A stretch of DNA of 64,000 bases from Deltaproteobacteria bacterium (lineage in GTDB: Bacteria > Myxococcota > Kuafuiibacteriia > Kuafuiibacteriales > Kuafuiibacteriaceae): assembly GCA_040218735.1 (NCBI GenBank), contig JAVJQW010000047.1:1-64000 (forward strand), written 5' to 3'. Of this stretch, positions 19,119-29,462 are shown piece by piece. A program made the translations under genes and the position numbers. The notes under the pieces are model-generated. The model made no database searches, was not told the origin of the DNA, and saw only the letters and a program-made list of their open reading frames with translations. Positions within the stretch are counted from its first letter, which is position 1. Each line of letters starts with the position of its first letter.

Positions 19119-19832
19119 GTGCGCGTGCGCGCGCTCGACCACGTCGACTCCATCTGCAACGACCTCGAAGCCTCCGTCGCGTTCTACGAAGCGCTCGGCT
19201 TCAAGATCCTGCAGCGCACGAAGAACCACGGCGGAGCGAACCGCCCGCCGATCGAAACCGTCGAGCTCTACCTCCCCGCGCAACCGTGGTGTGTCCTCGA
19301 GCTGCACGAAGCGCGGTTCTTCGAGATCGTCGGGCTCAACCACATCGCGTTCGTCTGTGACGACGTCGAAGCCCGCGCCGCCGCGTTGAGCGAGCGAGGT
19401 TTCTCGATGGACAACGTCCGCCTCAACCCGGACAACCAGCGCTGGCTCGCGAGCTTCCGCGACCGCGACGGACGCCGGCTCCAGCTCGCGAGCCCTCGGC
19501 ACGACGCCGTCCCGACCGACAGCTCCTCGTCGGGCCCCGTCGAACGCCTCGTGCAAGTCGAGTTGCGGACGCACCATGCGACGGCCATCGCGGAGCAGTA
19601 CGCCATCCTCGGTCTCGCGAGCGACGGCGACGTCCTGCACCCCGAGCAACGCGAACCGAGCCTCCTCGTCGCGGCGCCACGCCCCGGCCAGCGTTGTGGT
19701 TTCGGCGCCCTCGCGTTCGCGGCGCCGGACCTCGACGCGGTCGCAGCCCGGCTCGACGCCCCTCACGAGCGCGTCGACGGCGCGCTCCATACCTGGGATC
19801 CGGACGGCAACGCGGTTCGCATAGGCGGCTGA
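19119..19832 (+). CDS. VOC/glyoxalase family protein (two domains)
   Basis: LDHVDSICNDLEASVAFY, NHIAFVCDDV, DPDGNAV. Confidence 0.8.
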   Translation: MRVRALDHVDSICNDLEASVAFYEALGFKILQRTKNHGGANRPPIETVELYLPAQPWCVLELHEARFFEIVGLNHIAFVCDDVEARAAALSERGFSMDNVRLNPDNQRWLASFRDRDGRRLQLASPRHDAVPTDSSSSGPVERLVQVELRTHHATAIAEQYAILGLASDGDVLHPEQREPSLLVAAPRPGQRCGFGALAFAAPDLDAVAARLDAPHERVDGALHTWDPDGNAVRIGG

Positions 19833-19857
19833 GCCAAACCGCGCTAGTGATGGGCGC

Positions 19858-21507
19858 GTGAAGCGATACGACCTCGAGCGCGTCGACCTCCCCAAAATGT
19901 CGGGCACGAGCCTCGCGATGTTCGCGCGCGCGATCCAGACGCCAATCGTGGGCGCCGCGGCGCTCGACAAACTCGCCGCCGACGCGGGCGTGGGTGTCCT
20001 CGCGGACGCACGGCTCGACGAGCCTCCCCGCCCGCTCCCGCTGGTCCCGGTGCAGATCGCGGACCCCCAGCGGAAGGACCCCGCCGTCGATCTGTCGCCG
20101 ATCGCTGCGGTCACCCGCACGGATCGTTTCACGGCGCGGCAGATCGTCGAGTCGTACGAACGCGGCGAGACGGATCCGGTGAAGCTCACCACGGAGATCT
20201 TCGAGCGCATCGATCGGGCGCAGCTCGGCACCGTGTTCATCAAGAAGCAGCTCGACCACGCGCTCCGCCAGGCGAAGGCGTCGAAGGCCCGGTGGGACGA
20301 AGGCAAACCGCTCGGCCCCCTCGACGGCGTGCCCGTCGCGGTGAAGGACGAGATGGACCTCAAGCCCTACCCCACCACCGTCGGGACGAAGTTCCTCGGA
20401 CGCGAAGCCGCCGCGGACGACGCCACGATCGTGAAGCGCCTCCGCGACGCTGGCGCCGTGTTCCTCGGCAAGGCGAACATGCACGAGATCGGCATCAACC
20501 CGAACTGCGCGAACCCGCACTACGGCCTCGTCCGCAATCCGTACGACCCGAGCCGCGACACCGGCGGCAGCTCCTCCGGCTCCGCCGCCGCGGTCGCCGC
20601 ACGCTTCTGCCCCCTCGCGCTCGGCGCGGACGGCGGCGGATCGATCCGCATCCCCGCCGCGCTCACCGGCACCGTCGGGCTGAAGGCGACCTACGGACGC
20701 ATCAGCGAACACGGCGTCGCGCCGCTGTGCTGGACGGTCGGCCACGTCGGCCCCATCGGCACGAGCGTCGCCGACGTCGCGCTCGGCTACGCGCTCATCG
20801 CCGGACCGGATCCGCTCGACGCCAACTCACTCGTCCAACCTCCGGTCGCACTCGACGGGCTCGGCGAAGACCTCACGGGCCTGCGCATCGGCATCTTCCG
20901 TCCGTGGTTCGAACACGCCGAGGCGTCGATCGTGTCGTGCTGTGACGCGGCGGTCGAACACCTCGTCGCCGCCGGCGCCAAACGCGTCGACGTCGACGTG
21001 CCGCACCTCGACCTCATCCGCGTCGCGCACGCGATCACCATCCTCTCGGAGATGGCGACGTCGATGGACGACCACGCGGAGCACCACGGCGAGCTCGCCC
21101 CCCACGTCCGCGTGAACCTCGCGGTGGCGCGTCGTTTCACCTCCGCCGACTACGTTCGCGCGCAGCGCGTCCGCAACCGCGCGATGGCCGCGCTGGACGA
21201 GGTGTTCGAAGAGATCGATCTCCTCGTCACACCATCCACGGCGATCACCGCGCCGCCCATCCCGGTGACGGATCCGAAGATGGCGTGGTCGGACCTCTCC
21301 ACCGTCACCGAGCTGATGCGCTACGCGTTCCTGCAGAACCTCACCGGACACCCCGCCATCAGCGTCCCCGCTGGATACGACGGCGCCGGGCTCCCCATCG
21401 GCCTGCAGCTCACCGGTCGCCACTGGGAGGAGGCCCTGCTCCTGCGGGCTGCGCTCGTCGTCGAGGCGGCCACCGCGTACCGCCCTGCTCCGGAAAGCGC
21501 CGCGTAA
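19858..21507 (+). CDS. amidase signature family protein (fatty acid amide hydrolase-like)
   Basis: GVPVAVKD, GGSSSGSAAAVAA, GADGGGSIRIPAA, GLKATYGRI. Confidence 0.92.
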   Translation: MKRYDLERVDLPKMSGTSLAMFARAIQTPIVGAAALDKLAADAGVGVLADARLDEPPRPLPLVPVQIADPQRKDPAVDLSPIAAVTRTDRFTARQIVESYERGETDPVKLTTEIFERIDRAQLGTVFIKKQLDHALRQAKASKARWDEGKPLGPLDGVPVAVKDEMDLKPYPTTVGTKFLGREAAADDATIVKRLRDAGAVFLGKANMHEIGINPNCANPHYGLVRNPYDPSRDTGGSSSGSAAAVAARFCPLALGADGGGSIRIPAALTGTVGLKATYGRISEHGVAPLCWTVGHVGPIGTSVADVALGYALIAGPDPLDANSLVQPPVALDGLGEDLTGLRIGIFRPWFEHAEASIVSCCDAAVEHLVAAGAKRVDVDVPHLDLIRVAHAITILSEMATSMDDHAEHHGELAPHVRVNLAVARRFTSADYVRAQRVRNRAMAALDEVFEEIDLLVTPSTAITAPPIPVTDPKMAWSDLSTVTELMRYAFLQNLTGHPAISVPAGYDGAGLPIGLQLTGRHWEEALLLRAALVVEAATAYRPAPESAA

Positions 21508-21543
21508 TCGATCCTGAACCGCCCCTGTCCGACGCTGCACGGC

Positions 21544-21969
21544 ATGGTGCTCCGTCCCGGACTCGACCTCGATCGCGGCTTCGACGCCGCCGGCTACTTC
21601 CGTACGCTGGCCGCGACCCTCGAGCGTCGTGCTCCGGGTGCGGCTCCCGGTGCTTCGAGTGAAAGCGCGGGCGCGCTCGCCTCACCGGCGGAGCGCGCGC
21701 GATGTTTCATGCAGCAGTGGCTCGACCGCACCGCGGCGCGCACGCCGTGGGGTGCGCGACCGACCGCGCTCAGCGTCGACGAAGCCGAAGAGCTCCTCGT
21801 CGTCGTGGAGGAGCTGGGGCGTGACCCGGTGCGTGCGGTGCGCGGGGACTCTCCACAGGCCCTCGAGCTGCGCGCCGCGACGCTCGGTCTCACCGTCGCG
21901 GACCTCGTTCAGCTCGTGACGACCGACATGTTGACGAACACGTCAGGCGGCGCTGCGCCCGCGGTCTGA
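21544..21969 (+). CDS. hypothetical protein
   Basis: ORF fills the gap after the amidase; no motif recognised. Confidence 0.4.
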   Translation: MVLRPGLDLDRGFDAAGYFRTLAATLERRAPGAAPGASSESAGALASPAERARCFMQQWLDRTAARTPWGARPTALSVDEAEELLVVVEELGRDPVRAVRGDSPQALELRAATLGLTVADLVQLVTTDMLTNTSGGAAPAV

Positions 21970-22632
21970 GCCGCCGAGGTAACGATCGATCCACCACACC
22001 GCGAGGTAGATGAGCGGCGTGTCGAGCAACGCGATGATCATCTTCGCGACGTACGCGCTGAGGACCACGACGATCAGATCGCCGACCGTCCCCGTGAAGA
22101 CCGCTTCGTTGTCGTAGAGGAAGACAAACGCGACGGTGAACGAGTCGACGAGCTGCGACGTCATCGTCGACGCGTTGTTCCGGAGCCACAGCCACCGCCC
22201 GCCGGTCCGCTTCTTCACGAAGTGGTAGACGCGCACGTCCACCATCTGCGCGAGCAGGTACGCGAGCATCGACGCGAAGAACAGACGCCAGGTCGGGGAG
22301 AAGACCGACTGATAGGCGGCCTCGAGCTGATACCCCGTCGCCGGAGGGAGTGACAGACCGATCAACACCAGCGCGAGCAACACCAGCGTCATCGAGAACC
22401 CGAGCACGACGAAGTAGCGCGCTTGGCGTTCGCCGAAGATCTCACTCACGACGTCCGTCACCAGGAACGTCAGCGGAAAGCAGAAGATGCTGACCGGCAG
22501 CGTGAGCGGACCGAGCGGGAACAGCTTCGTGCCGACGGTGTTGGTGAGGACGACGAGGCAGACGAAGAGCGCGGTGAGCGTGCCGAAGACGAGCCCGCGC
22601 CGATCGGTTGGGTGTTCGTTCAACGAGCTCAC
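21943..22632 (-). CDS. queuosine precursor transporter (YhhQ/Vut_1 family)
   Basis: FPLTFLVTDVVSEIFG, ASMLAYLLAQMVDV, LWLRNNASTMTSQLVDS. GTG start overlaps the upstream stop. Confidence 0.9.
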   Translation of the reverse strand: MSSLNEHPTDRRGLVFGTLTALFVCLVVLTNTVGTKLFPLGPLTLPVSIFCFPLTFLVTDVVSEIFGERQARYFVVLGFSMTLVLLALVLIGLSLPPATGYQLEAAYQSVFSPTWRLFFASMLAYLLAQMVDVRVYHFVKKRTGGRWLWLRNNASTMTSQLVDSFTVAFVFLYDNEAVFTGTVGDLIVVVLSAYVAKMIIALLDTPLIYLAVWWIDRYLGGSDRGRSAA

Positions 22633-23588
22633 CGCGCTTCGGCGTGGGGCGACTCGAAGAAGTGCACCGACCCCGCCAGCTTCCTGAAGTCGGCCGGTGG
22701 GATGTCGAGCTCGATCACCGCGGTGGCCTGCGTGCGCACCTGGGGGACGACGTCGAAGAACAGCACCTTCGCGGAGTGGTGGATGAGCATCATGCCGATG
22801 CCCGCCCCGCCCCCGCGGGTGTCCATGTCGCCGGACGACAATCCGCGGTGGATGCCGCCGAACACCGCGCGCTTCGGGAGGCGCCCGAAGGGGTCGACCA
22901 CCGAGAGCACGATGCGCTCGCCGTCGGAGCCGTACGCGAAGGTCGGGCGCATCGCGGGTTCGAGCTCGATGCGCTCGTCGCGACGGTGCGCCCAGATCGT
23001 GTTGCCTTCGTCGTCGACCGGCGCGTCGTACATCGCGTTCATCGTGAGCTCGTCCGCGATCTGCGCGCTCGCCTCGGCCTGCCGCTTCGTCTGCTGCTCG
23101 GCGCAGAACTGCCGCACGTCCTCGAGGAGGTCCTCGCGCTCCTCCGAGGTCGAGAGCGTACGCTCCACCCAGGTGTGGCCCCAGCTCAACGGCGCGCACG
23201 CCGGTGCCCCCGCGTTGTCGGCGAGGCGTCGACCGACCTGCAGGAGCTCCCACGCACGCGGGGTCTCGTCGAGCTGCAACCCGACGACGCCCTTCATCTG
23301 CGACACCTTCGACGCCGATCCGAACACCGTCGCGCTCGGCTGCGCGATGAGCGTGAAGACGTCGATCGACGGGCGCTCCTGACAGATCTTCAGCACGTTC
23401 ACCAGGTAGGGCACCGAGACGAACACGGCCGGCCGGCCCTCGTTGCGGTCCATCGCCGGCAACAGATCGTCGGGCCCCGCGAGCACCTCGCACGGCAGGC
23501 CGCTGCGCTTCAGTACGCAACTCACCTTGCGAGCGCGTGCTGGGCCGTCGACGACGACGAGTGCGTATCTTCTTTCTTCGTTGGCCAC
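22629..23588 (-). CDS. RsbW/SpoIIAB-like GHKL protein with degenerate receiver-like N-terminus (paralogue 1)
   Basis: ADELTMNAMYDAP (N box), VVDPFGRL, GGGAGIGM, C-terminal SVHFF. Confidence 0.65.
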   Translation of the reverse strand: MANEERRYALVVVDGPARARKVSCVLKRSGLPCEVLAGPDDLLPAMDRNEGRPAVFVSVPYLVNVLKICQERPSIDVFTLIAQPSATVFGSASKVSQMKGVVGLQLDETPRAWELLQVGRRLADNAGAPACAPLSWGHTWVERTLSTSEEREDLLEDVRQFCAEQQTKRQAEASAQIADELTMNAMYDAPVDDEGNTIWAHRRDERIELEPAMRPTFAYGSDGERIVLSVVDPFGRLPKRAVFGGIHRGLSSGDMDTRGGGAGIGMMLIHHSAKVLFFDVVPQVRTQATAVIELDIPPADFRKLAGSVHFFESPHAEAR

Positions 23589-23592
23589 CGCT

Positions 23593-25470
23593 TCAAGTAC
23601 CCAAGTCGATCGTCTGGTCTCCGGGCTTCGCGACGATCAGTTTGTCGAAGACGACCTCACCATCGACCTCGACGCGCACGTGGTGCTCGCCGGGGTCCAG
23701 CTCGACCGCCTGATCGTGATCGACCGGGACGTCGTCGACGAAGATCGACGCCTCCTGGTCCACGCCCGAGAACGACAGCCTCGAGACGCGCTGCAACGTG
23801 ACGACCTCCTCCGTCCGCCGCGAAGGCGACAGCTGAAGATCCACGACCGCCGACGCGTACCCCTCCTTCTCCAGCCGCACCCGAACGCGACGGTTGGTGG
23901 GGAGCGTCTTCAGGACCGCCGGCGTCACGAGGCCCGAGCTGTGCCCGTCGACCACGATCGTCGCCGACGCGGGGACACTCGAAACGGCGAGCTCGCCGGT
24001 GCCCGCACCGACCAGGATCTGCTTCGTCGGCTCCGGCTCCGCGGTCGTCCGCCCCACGAGCACCGCGACGACCAGGACCAAGAACAGCGCCCCCGCCCCA
24101 GCGCCGACGAAGAGCCAGCGCATCGATAGCTTCTGCGCCTCGGCCGGCGGAACGGTGCGGGTGTCGGAGCCGATGTTCTGCCAATCCGAGTCGCTGAACA
24201 TCGAGACACTCGGGTGGTCGTTGGCGTCCGGAATCGCTCGCGTCGGGTCACTCTCCTCGCCGTCGGAGGAGACGGACCAAGCCGCGCGCGGCAAGGTGCT
24301 GGGCGAGCTCGTCGGCGCGGAGCTCGCACCCTTGTCCGAGATGTCGAGGACCTCGGGGCCACCGGCGGGCGCCTTCGGATCCGACAGCTCCTCCTGCGGT
24401 TCCTCCTCCGGCGGGAGCCACGCCGGGTTGCCCACCGGACGTAACCGGAGCCGCGCTTGGTAGGACGGCAAGATGCCGTTGTCGTCGGCGAGTTTTTCGA
24501 GGCCGCGCCCCTGCGCGATGCGACGCTTGAGGGTCGCCGTCTCGGAGCCGAAGAGCTCCTCGAGCCACTCGCGACGATCGCGCGCGGTGGCGCGCCCGAC
24601 GACGGTGCGCTGCGCTTCCTCGAGCGCGTCCGCGAGGTCTTGGGCGTTCTGCCAACGGTCCTGCGGTTTGCGCGCGAGCGCCTTCATCACGATCTCGTCC
24701 AACTCCGGCGCGACGTCCGGGCGGATCGTTCGAAGCGACGGGACGACCGCCTTCTCGACGGCGTTGATCGTCGCGGCGTCGTTGGAGCGTTTGAAGAGAC
24801 GCTTCAGCGCGATGGTCTCCCACAGCACGATGCCGAGGGCGAAGATGTCCGTGCGTGCGTCGAGGTCCCTGCCGGTCACCTGCTCGGGCGACGCGTAGGC
24901 GAACTTGCCCTTGAAGACTCCGGCGCGTGTCGACGACTCCGAAGACTGCGTCGCCTTCGCGATGCCGAAGTCCGCGAGCTTCGTGACGCCGTGGTAGGTG
25001 ACCAGCACGTTCGAGAGGCTGACGTCGCGGTGGACGAGGCCGATCTTCTTGTCGTCGTCGTCGGCGAGCTCGTGCGCGCAGAACAGCGCTTCGGCGACGC
25101 CCTGCCCGATCGACGCCGCGATGCGGGTCGGGATGTGTTTACCGGCGCGTTTGCAGCGGCGAAGAATCTGCGCGAGATCCTCGCCCGGCAGGTACTCCAT
25201 GCTGATGAAGTGCTGCTCGTCGATCTCACCGAGCTCGTAGATGCGGACGACGTTCGGGTGGTCGAGACGGGCGGCGAGCTGCGCCTCGTTCACGAACATC
25301 CGCAGGAACTCACGCGAGCGGGCATACTGCGGAAGGACACGCTTGAGGGCGACGACTCGCGAGAACCCATCGACGCCGGTCATCACGGCGAGGTCCAGGC
25401 GAGACATTCCACCTGACGCCATCAGGCCGACCAAGCGATAGCGGCCAAACTGATTATCCCGTGCAGCCAT
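23593..25470 (-). CDS. membrane Ser/Thr protein kinase with PEGA domain
   Basis: GGMS, VALKRVL, HRDVSLSNV, DFGIAK, GKFAYASPEQ, TM helix, PEGA-like C-terminus. Confidence 0.92.
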   Translation of the reverse strand: MAARDNQFGRYRLVGLMASGGMSRLDLAVMTGVDGFSRVVALKRVLPQYARSREFLRMFVNEAQLAARLDHPNVVRIYELGEIDEQHFISMEYLPGEDLAQILRRCKRAGKHIPTRIAASIGQGVAEALFCAHELADDDDKKIGLVHRDVSLSNVLVTYHGVTKLADFGIAKATQSSESSTRAGVFKGKFAYASPEQVTGRDLDARTDIFALGIVLWETIALKRLFKRSNDAATINAVEKAVVPSLRTIRPDVAPELDEIVMKALARKPQDRWQNAQDLADALEEAQRTVVGRATARDRREWLEELFGSETATLKRRIAQGRGLEKLADDNGILPSYQARLRLRPVGNPAWLPPEEEPQEELSDPKAPAGGPEVLDISDKGASSAPTSSPSTLPRAAWSVSSDGEESDPTRAIPDANDHPSVSMFSDSDWQNIGSDTRTVPPAEAQKLSMRWLFVGAGAGALFLVLVVAVLVGRTTAEPEPTKQILVGAGTGELAVSSVPASATIVVDGHSSGLVTPAVLKTLPTNRRVRVRLEKEGYASAVVDLQLSPSRRTEEVVTLQRVSRLSFSGVDQEASIFVDDVPVDHDQAVELDPGEHHVRVEVDGEVVFDKLIVAKPGDQTIDLGT

Positions 25471-25642
25471 CAGCCCCGTGTGGGTGGAGCGTAGTAGAGC
25501 ATCCGTCCTAGAACCCCGCAACACGCGGTCGGAGGTGTCACGCGTGACCACAGCGTGTGCACTGTTCGACTTTGGATCGCCGTGCCGGATCCTTGCGCCG
25601 CGCTCTGCCCGCAGCTACTAAACTGTAGGGACCGTTCGGCGC

Positions 25643-27214
25643 ATGAGCTCGATTCGTCAGCTGAAGAAGCGCATCAAGGAGCGCCCCGACGATCCTCACG
25701 CGTGGTACGAGCTCGCGGTCGCGCTCGCCAACGGCGGCAAGATCGAAGAGACCCACGACGCCCTCCGACACGCGCTCGGCTGTCACCCCCCTGCGTCGCT
25801 CGCGTTGTCGATCGGCATGTCGCTGCTCGGGCTGCAAGACGAAGTCGGCGCAGCCGGCGCGTTCCAGCTCGCGTGCACGCTCGACCCCGACTCCGTGCAG
25901 GGCCGGCTCCGCATGGGCGGCCTGCTCCTGAAGTGGGATCGGCCGGAGGAGGCGGTCCGTTGGCTACGCGAGGCGGTGATCGTATCGGACCACGCGGCCG
26001 AGCCGTGTTTCCAGTACGCGGTCGCGTGTGAGCGGTGCGGGCAGATCGCCGAAGCGACGAGTTACTTCTACCTCGCGATCAACAAGGAGCCCGGGAAGAC
26101 CGACGCCTACCGGCACCTCGCGTCGCTCCTCGTGAAGCAGAACCTCCACGCCGGCGCGAACCGCGCGTGGCGGCGCGTCAACGAGCTCGACCCCGGCGAC
26201 CTGCGCGCGAAGACCGCGCTCGGCGTGGGCCTGTCGAACCGCGGCCAGCACCGCAAAGCGGTGGAGCTGCTCACCGAGGTCGCGCGCACGCGACCGGACT
26301 CCGCGGATGCTTTCGCGGATCTCGGGATGGCGTTGTCGCGCGCGAGCTCCCACGACCAGGCGCTGCAGGCGCTTCGCCAGGCGATCTCGCTCAACCCGCA
26401 GTCGGCGCAGGTTCGCCTGAACTACGGTGTCGCGCTGCTGTTGGCGGGGCGGGCGCAGGAGGCGATGGCGTCGTTCTGGGAGGTCGTCTCGATGGCGCCG
26501 GACTGGAGCCTCGCGCACTACAACGTCGGCCTAGCGCTGCGTGAGCTCGGCGACCTGACGCAGGCGCGCAACTCGCTCTTGAAGGCGTCGCAGCTCGACC
26601 CGTCCGACTCGGAGATCGAAGCGGCGCTGCGCGACACGATGCTTCAGCTCGCACGACCGCAGGGGTTGGAGGCGCCCGACCTCGAGTCCTCGGTGAACCC
26701 GCCGCGCGGTGGATCGATCAGCGGCGAGATCCAGACGTTCCCGATCGTCGAGGTGCTCGAGTTCCTGAAGATCAACCACTCGACGGGTGTCCTCGACATC
26801 AAGGCGCCGTCGTTCGCCGGGAACCTGCGCGTCGAGAACGGCGACCTCATCGGCGGCAAGTCACCGTCGACCGACGACATCCTCACCCTCCTCGTGAAGC
26901 TCGAGGCGATCACACGCGAAGACCTCTCGATGATGATCGCCGACGAAGGCGAAGACGCGCTGTCGCTCGGGTTCTCGCTCGTCGAGGACGGCGTCGTGAC
27001 GCCCGCGCTCTTGCAGAAGGCGATGCGCATGCAGATCCGCGTCGCGCTGCTCGAGGTGCTCTCCTGCAAGGAGGGTGCGTTTGCGTTCAACGAGGTCCCC
27101 CCGATCACCAACGGCGACGTCGAAGTCCGGCCCGTCGACACCCGCCACGCGCTGATGGAAGTCATCACGCACCTCGACGAGCAGTCGAAGCAGCAGCCGC
27201 GGAAGAAGGAGTAG
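25643..27214 (+). CDS. TPR-repeat protein with C-terminal DUF4388-like domain
   Basis: Multiple TPR repeats; ISGEIQTFPIVEVLEFLKINHSTGVL...EGAFAF. Confidence 0.8.
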   Translation: MSSIRQLKKRIKERPDDPHAWYELAVALANGGKIEETHDALRHALGCHPPASLALSIGMSLLGLQDEVGAAGAFQLACTLDPDSVQGRLRMGGLLLKWDRPEEAVRWLREAVIVSDHAAEPCFQYAVACERCGQIAEATSYFYLAINKEPGKTDAYRHLASLLVKQNLHAGANRAWRRVNELDPGDLRAKTALGVGLSNRGQHRKAVELLTEVARTRPDSADAFADLGMALSRASSHDQALQALRQAISLNPQSAQVRLNYGVALLLAGRAQEAMASFWEVVSMAPDWSLAHYNVGLALRELGDLTQARNSLLKASQLDPSDSEIEAALRDTMLQLARPQGLEAPDLESSVNPPRGGSISGEIQTFPIVEVLEFLKINHSTGVLDIKAPSFAGNLRVENGDLIGGKSPSTDDILTLLVKLEAITREDLSMMIADEGEDALSLGFSLVEDGVVTPALLQKAMRMQIRVALLEVLSCKEGAFAFNEVPPITNGDVEVRPVDTRHALMEVITHLDEQSKQQPRKKE

Positions 27215-27220
27215 AGTCAC

Positions 27221-27736
27221 GTGGACGATCAGGAAGCCGTCGAAAAGCTCGGACCGGTGTTCATCGACTCGTATTTCGTGGTCGACCGGGACCGCCGCAT
27301 CCTGAACCACAACGGCACGTTCACGCAGATGCTGGAGCTCCGCGGCGCCGATCGCCGCAAGGCGAAGGGATCACCGTGTTACGACCTGCTGCGGCTCGAG
27401 ATCTGCCAGAACGGATGCATCGCGCTGCAGTGTATGGAGAAGAACGCGCCGGTGCGCATGAACGAGATTCGTGGCCGCACCAAGGACGGCCGCGAGCTGG
27501 TCCTGGAGCTGTCCGCGATGCCCATCCGCGACGCCAACGGCCAGACCACGGGCGTCCTCGTCACGCACCGCGACGTCACCGACGAACGCCGCCTCAAGGA
27601 GCGCTACCTGGAGGAGGAGACCGAGCACAAGAAGGAGCGGCTCGGTCTGTTGCGGGTCATCGAGGAACGCGACGTGGAGATCGAGAAGCTCCAGCAGCGG
27701 CTCAACCAACAGTCGCGACGCAAGTCGCAGATCTGA
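27221..27736 (+). CDS. stand-alone PAS-domain protein with coiled-coil tail
   Basis: FVVDRDRRILNHN, Cys cluster CYDLLRLEICQNGC, PIRDANGQTTGVLVTHRDVT. Confidence 0.8.
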   Translation: MDDQEAVEKLGPVFIDSYFVVDRDRRILNHNGTFTQMLELRGADRRKAKGSPCYDLLRLEICQNGCIALQCMEKNAPVRMNEIRGRTKDGRELVLELSAMPIRDANGQTTGVLVTHRDVTDERRLKERYLEEETEHKKERLGLLRVIEERDVEIEKLQQRLNQQSRRKSQI

Positions 27737-29338
27737 TCACTGCTTCAGGGCGCGCGCCGCGCGATCGCGGTACTCGCCGTGGCCGTCCGCCACGCGGCGG
27801 AACAGCACCTTCGCATCACTCGTACGGCCGGCGCTCGCGAGATACTTGGCGTGCCAGAACATCGCGCCGTCGAGGCCCGAGTGCGGTGGGCGCTCGTCCT
27901 CCACCATCTCGATGAAGTTTGCGTAGTGCACCGAGGCCGTCGCGACGTCGTCGAGCGCGCGGTGAACCTCCGCGGTCAGGAACGTCATCTTCGCGTCGAG
28001 CGGGCCGAGCCGCGCGAGGGTCTTCGTGACTTCGAGCGCCTCGTCGTAGCGCTTCCCTTCGTAGTGCGCCTTGGCCTCGGCGAAGAGCTTCGACGCGACC
28101 TCGCTGCGGTCCGTCGCGACGTCGCGCTCGAACGAACGGCGCTGCGCGGTGGGCAACACGTCGGCCGCGAGGAGCGACTCCGAGATCTGCTCCGCCGCAG
28201 AGATTTGTCCGCTGCCGAGCAGCTCGCGGTGACGGGCGAGCGCGCGACCGATGACGTCCTTGTGATACCGCCCGGCGTCGCGCGCGGAGATCGCGCGCTC
28301 GCGCGACGCCGCGGTCACGATCGACGCCGCGTCGGCGTAGGCGCCGTCGTCGAGCTTGCCCTGGAACGACTTCAGCGCGTTGGTGCTGATCTCGTCGCGC
28401 AGCTTGCCCGCGGTCTCGTCGGAGATGGCGTGGCTCTGCTCGAGGTTCTTGACGAGCGTCGCCGCCTCCCCCCAACGGCCGGCTTCGACGTGCCCTTCGT
28501 AGATCTTCCTCGACGACGACGGGAGCTCCGCGGTGGTGCCGCCCGAAGGCCAGATCGCGAGGAGCGCCACGCCGATCACCACCGGCACCGCGAGCCCGAC
28601 GAGCGCGCTGCGGGTGTTGCTCCACTTCGACGGCGCCGATGCCGTCTGCACGCGGGTGTTGGTGTTGAACGAGCCGGTCGTCGAGATCTGCGAGATCGTC
28701 GATCCGGGCTGCGTCGCGATCGACGGGACCGGGAGATCGAAGTCGGAGATCGCAGAGCTCGGACGGTTCGACGGGTGGGGTCCGCTCCCCGTCGAGTTGT
28801 GCGAGCTCTCCCCGGAGAGGTGGCGCAGGAACACGTCGATGTTCGGATCGATCGGTTTGGAGCGCGCGCTCTCGAGCGGGAACATGAAGTAGGAATCGGG
28901 ATCCTCGTCGAACACCATCTTCGCGCTGCACTCGGAGCATGTCGGCTCGGGCAGCTGCACCTCACCCGCGCGAAGATCGATCGACTCTTCGATCTCGTTG
29001 CCGCAGTCGCAGTAGAACGGCGCCTGCACCGAGAGGACCTGCGCAGCGCCGGAGAAGTTGGTGACGAGGTTGAGCTGCGTGACGACGGCCGGCGAGACTT
29101 CCACCCAGTAGACACTCGACACCGACGAGCAGAGCGAGCGCATCGCGTTGGTCCACTCGCGAACGCCGAACGAGCTCAGACGCGAGACACCCGAGAGGTT
29201 GAGGATGACGGTCTGACCTTTGGCTTCCGAGAGAAGCGCCTGAGGATCGAAGCTCTCGTTGATCGTTCCATTCAAACGAACATAGGTGATGCCGCCTTGC
29301 GACGTCCCCTGGATTCGCAGCGCCGAACCGATGCCCAT
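27737..29338 (-). CDS. STAS-like + Zn-ribbon domain, TM helix, C-terminal TPR protein
   Basis: LNLSGVSRLSSFGVREW, QLN, APFYCDC...CSEC, one TM helix, TPR-like helices. Confidence 0.7.
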   Translation of the reverse strand: MGIGSALRIQGTSQGGITYVRLNGTINESFDPQALLSEAKGQTVILNLSGVSRLSSFGVREWTNAMRSLCSSVSSVYWVEVSPAVVTQLNLVTNFSGAAQVLSVQAPFYCDCGNEIEESIDLRAGEVQLPEPTCSECSAKMVFDEDPDSYFMFPLESARSKPIDPNIDVFLRHLSGESSHNSTGSGPHPSNRPSSAISDFDLPVPSIATQPGSTISQISTTGSFNTNTRVQTASAPSKWSNTRSALVGLAVPVVIGVALLAIWPSGGTTAELPSSSRKIYEGHVEAGRWGEAATLVKNLEQSHAISDETAGKLRDEISTNALKSFQGKLDDGAYADAASIVTAASRERAISARDAGRYHKDVIGRALARHRELLGSGQISAAEQISESLLAADVLPTAQRRSFERDVATDRSEVASKLFAEAKAHYEGKRYDEALEVTKTLARLGPLDAKMTFLTAEVHRALDDVATASVHYANFIEMVEDERPPHSGLDGAMFWHAKYLASAGRTSDAKVLFRRVADGHGEYRDRAARALKQ

Positions 29339-29462
29339 GCCTTTCGTATGATGCCGATCACCCTTCAGACGAGCAAGGAAGTGTCTTGCGGTCGTACACT
29401 CACAGAGCACGCCCGGCGCCGAATCTTGTGAGGCCCAAGGTGCTGCGTTATACGAGCGTGGC

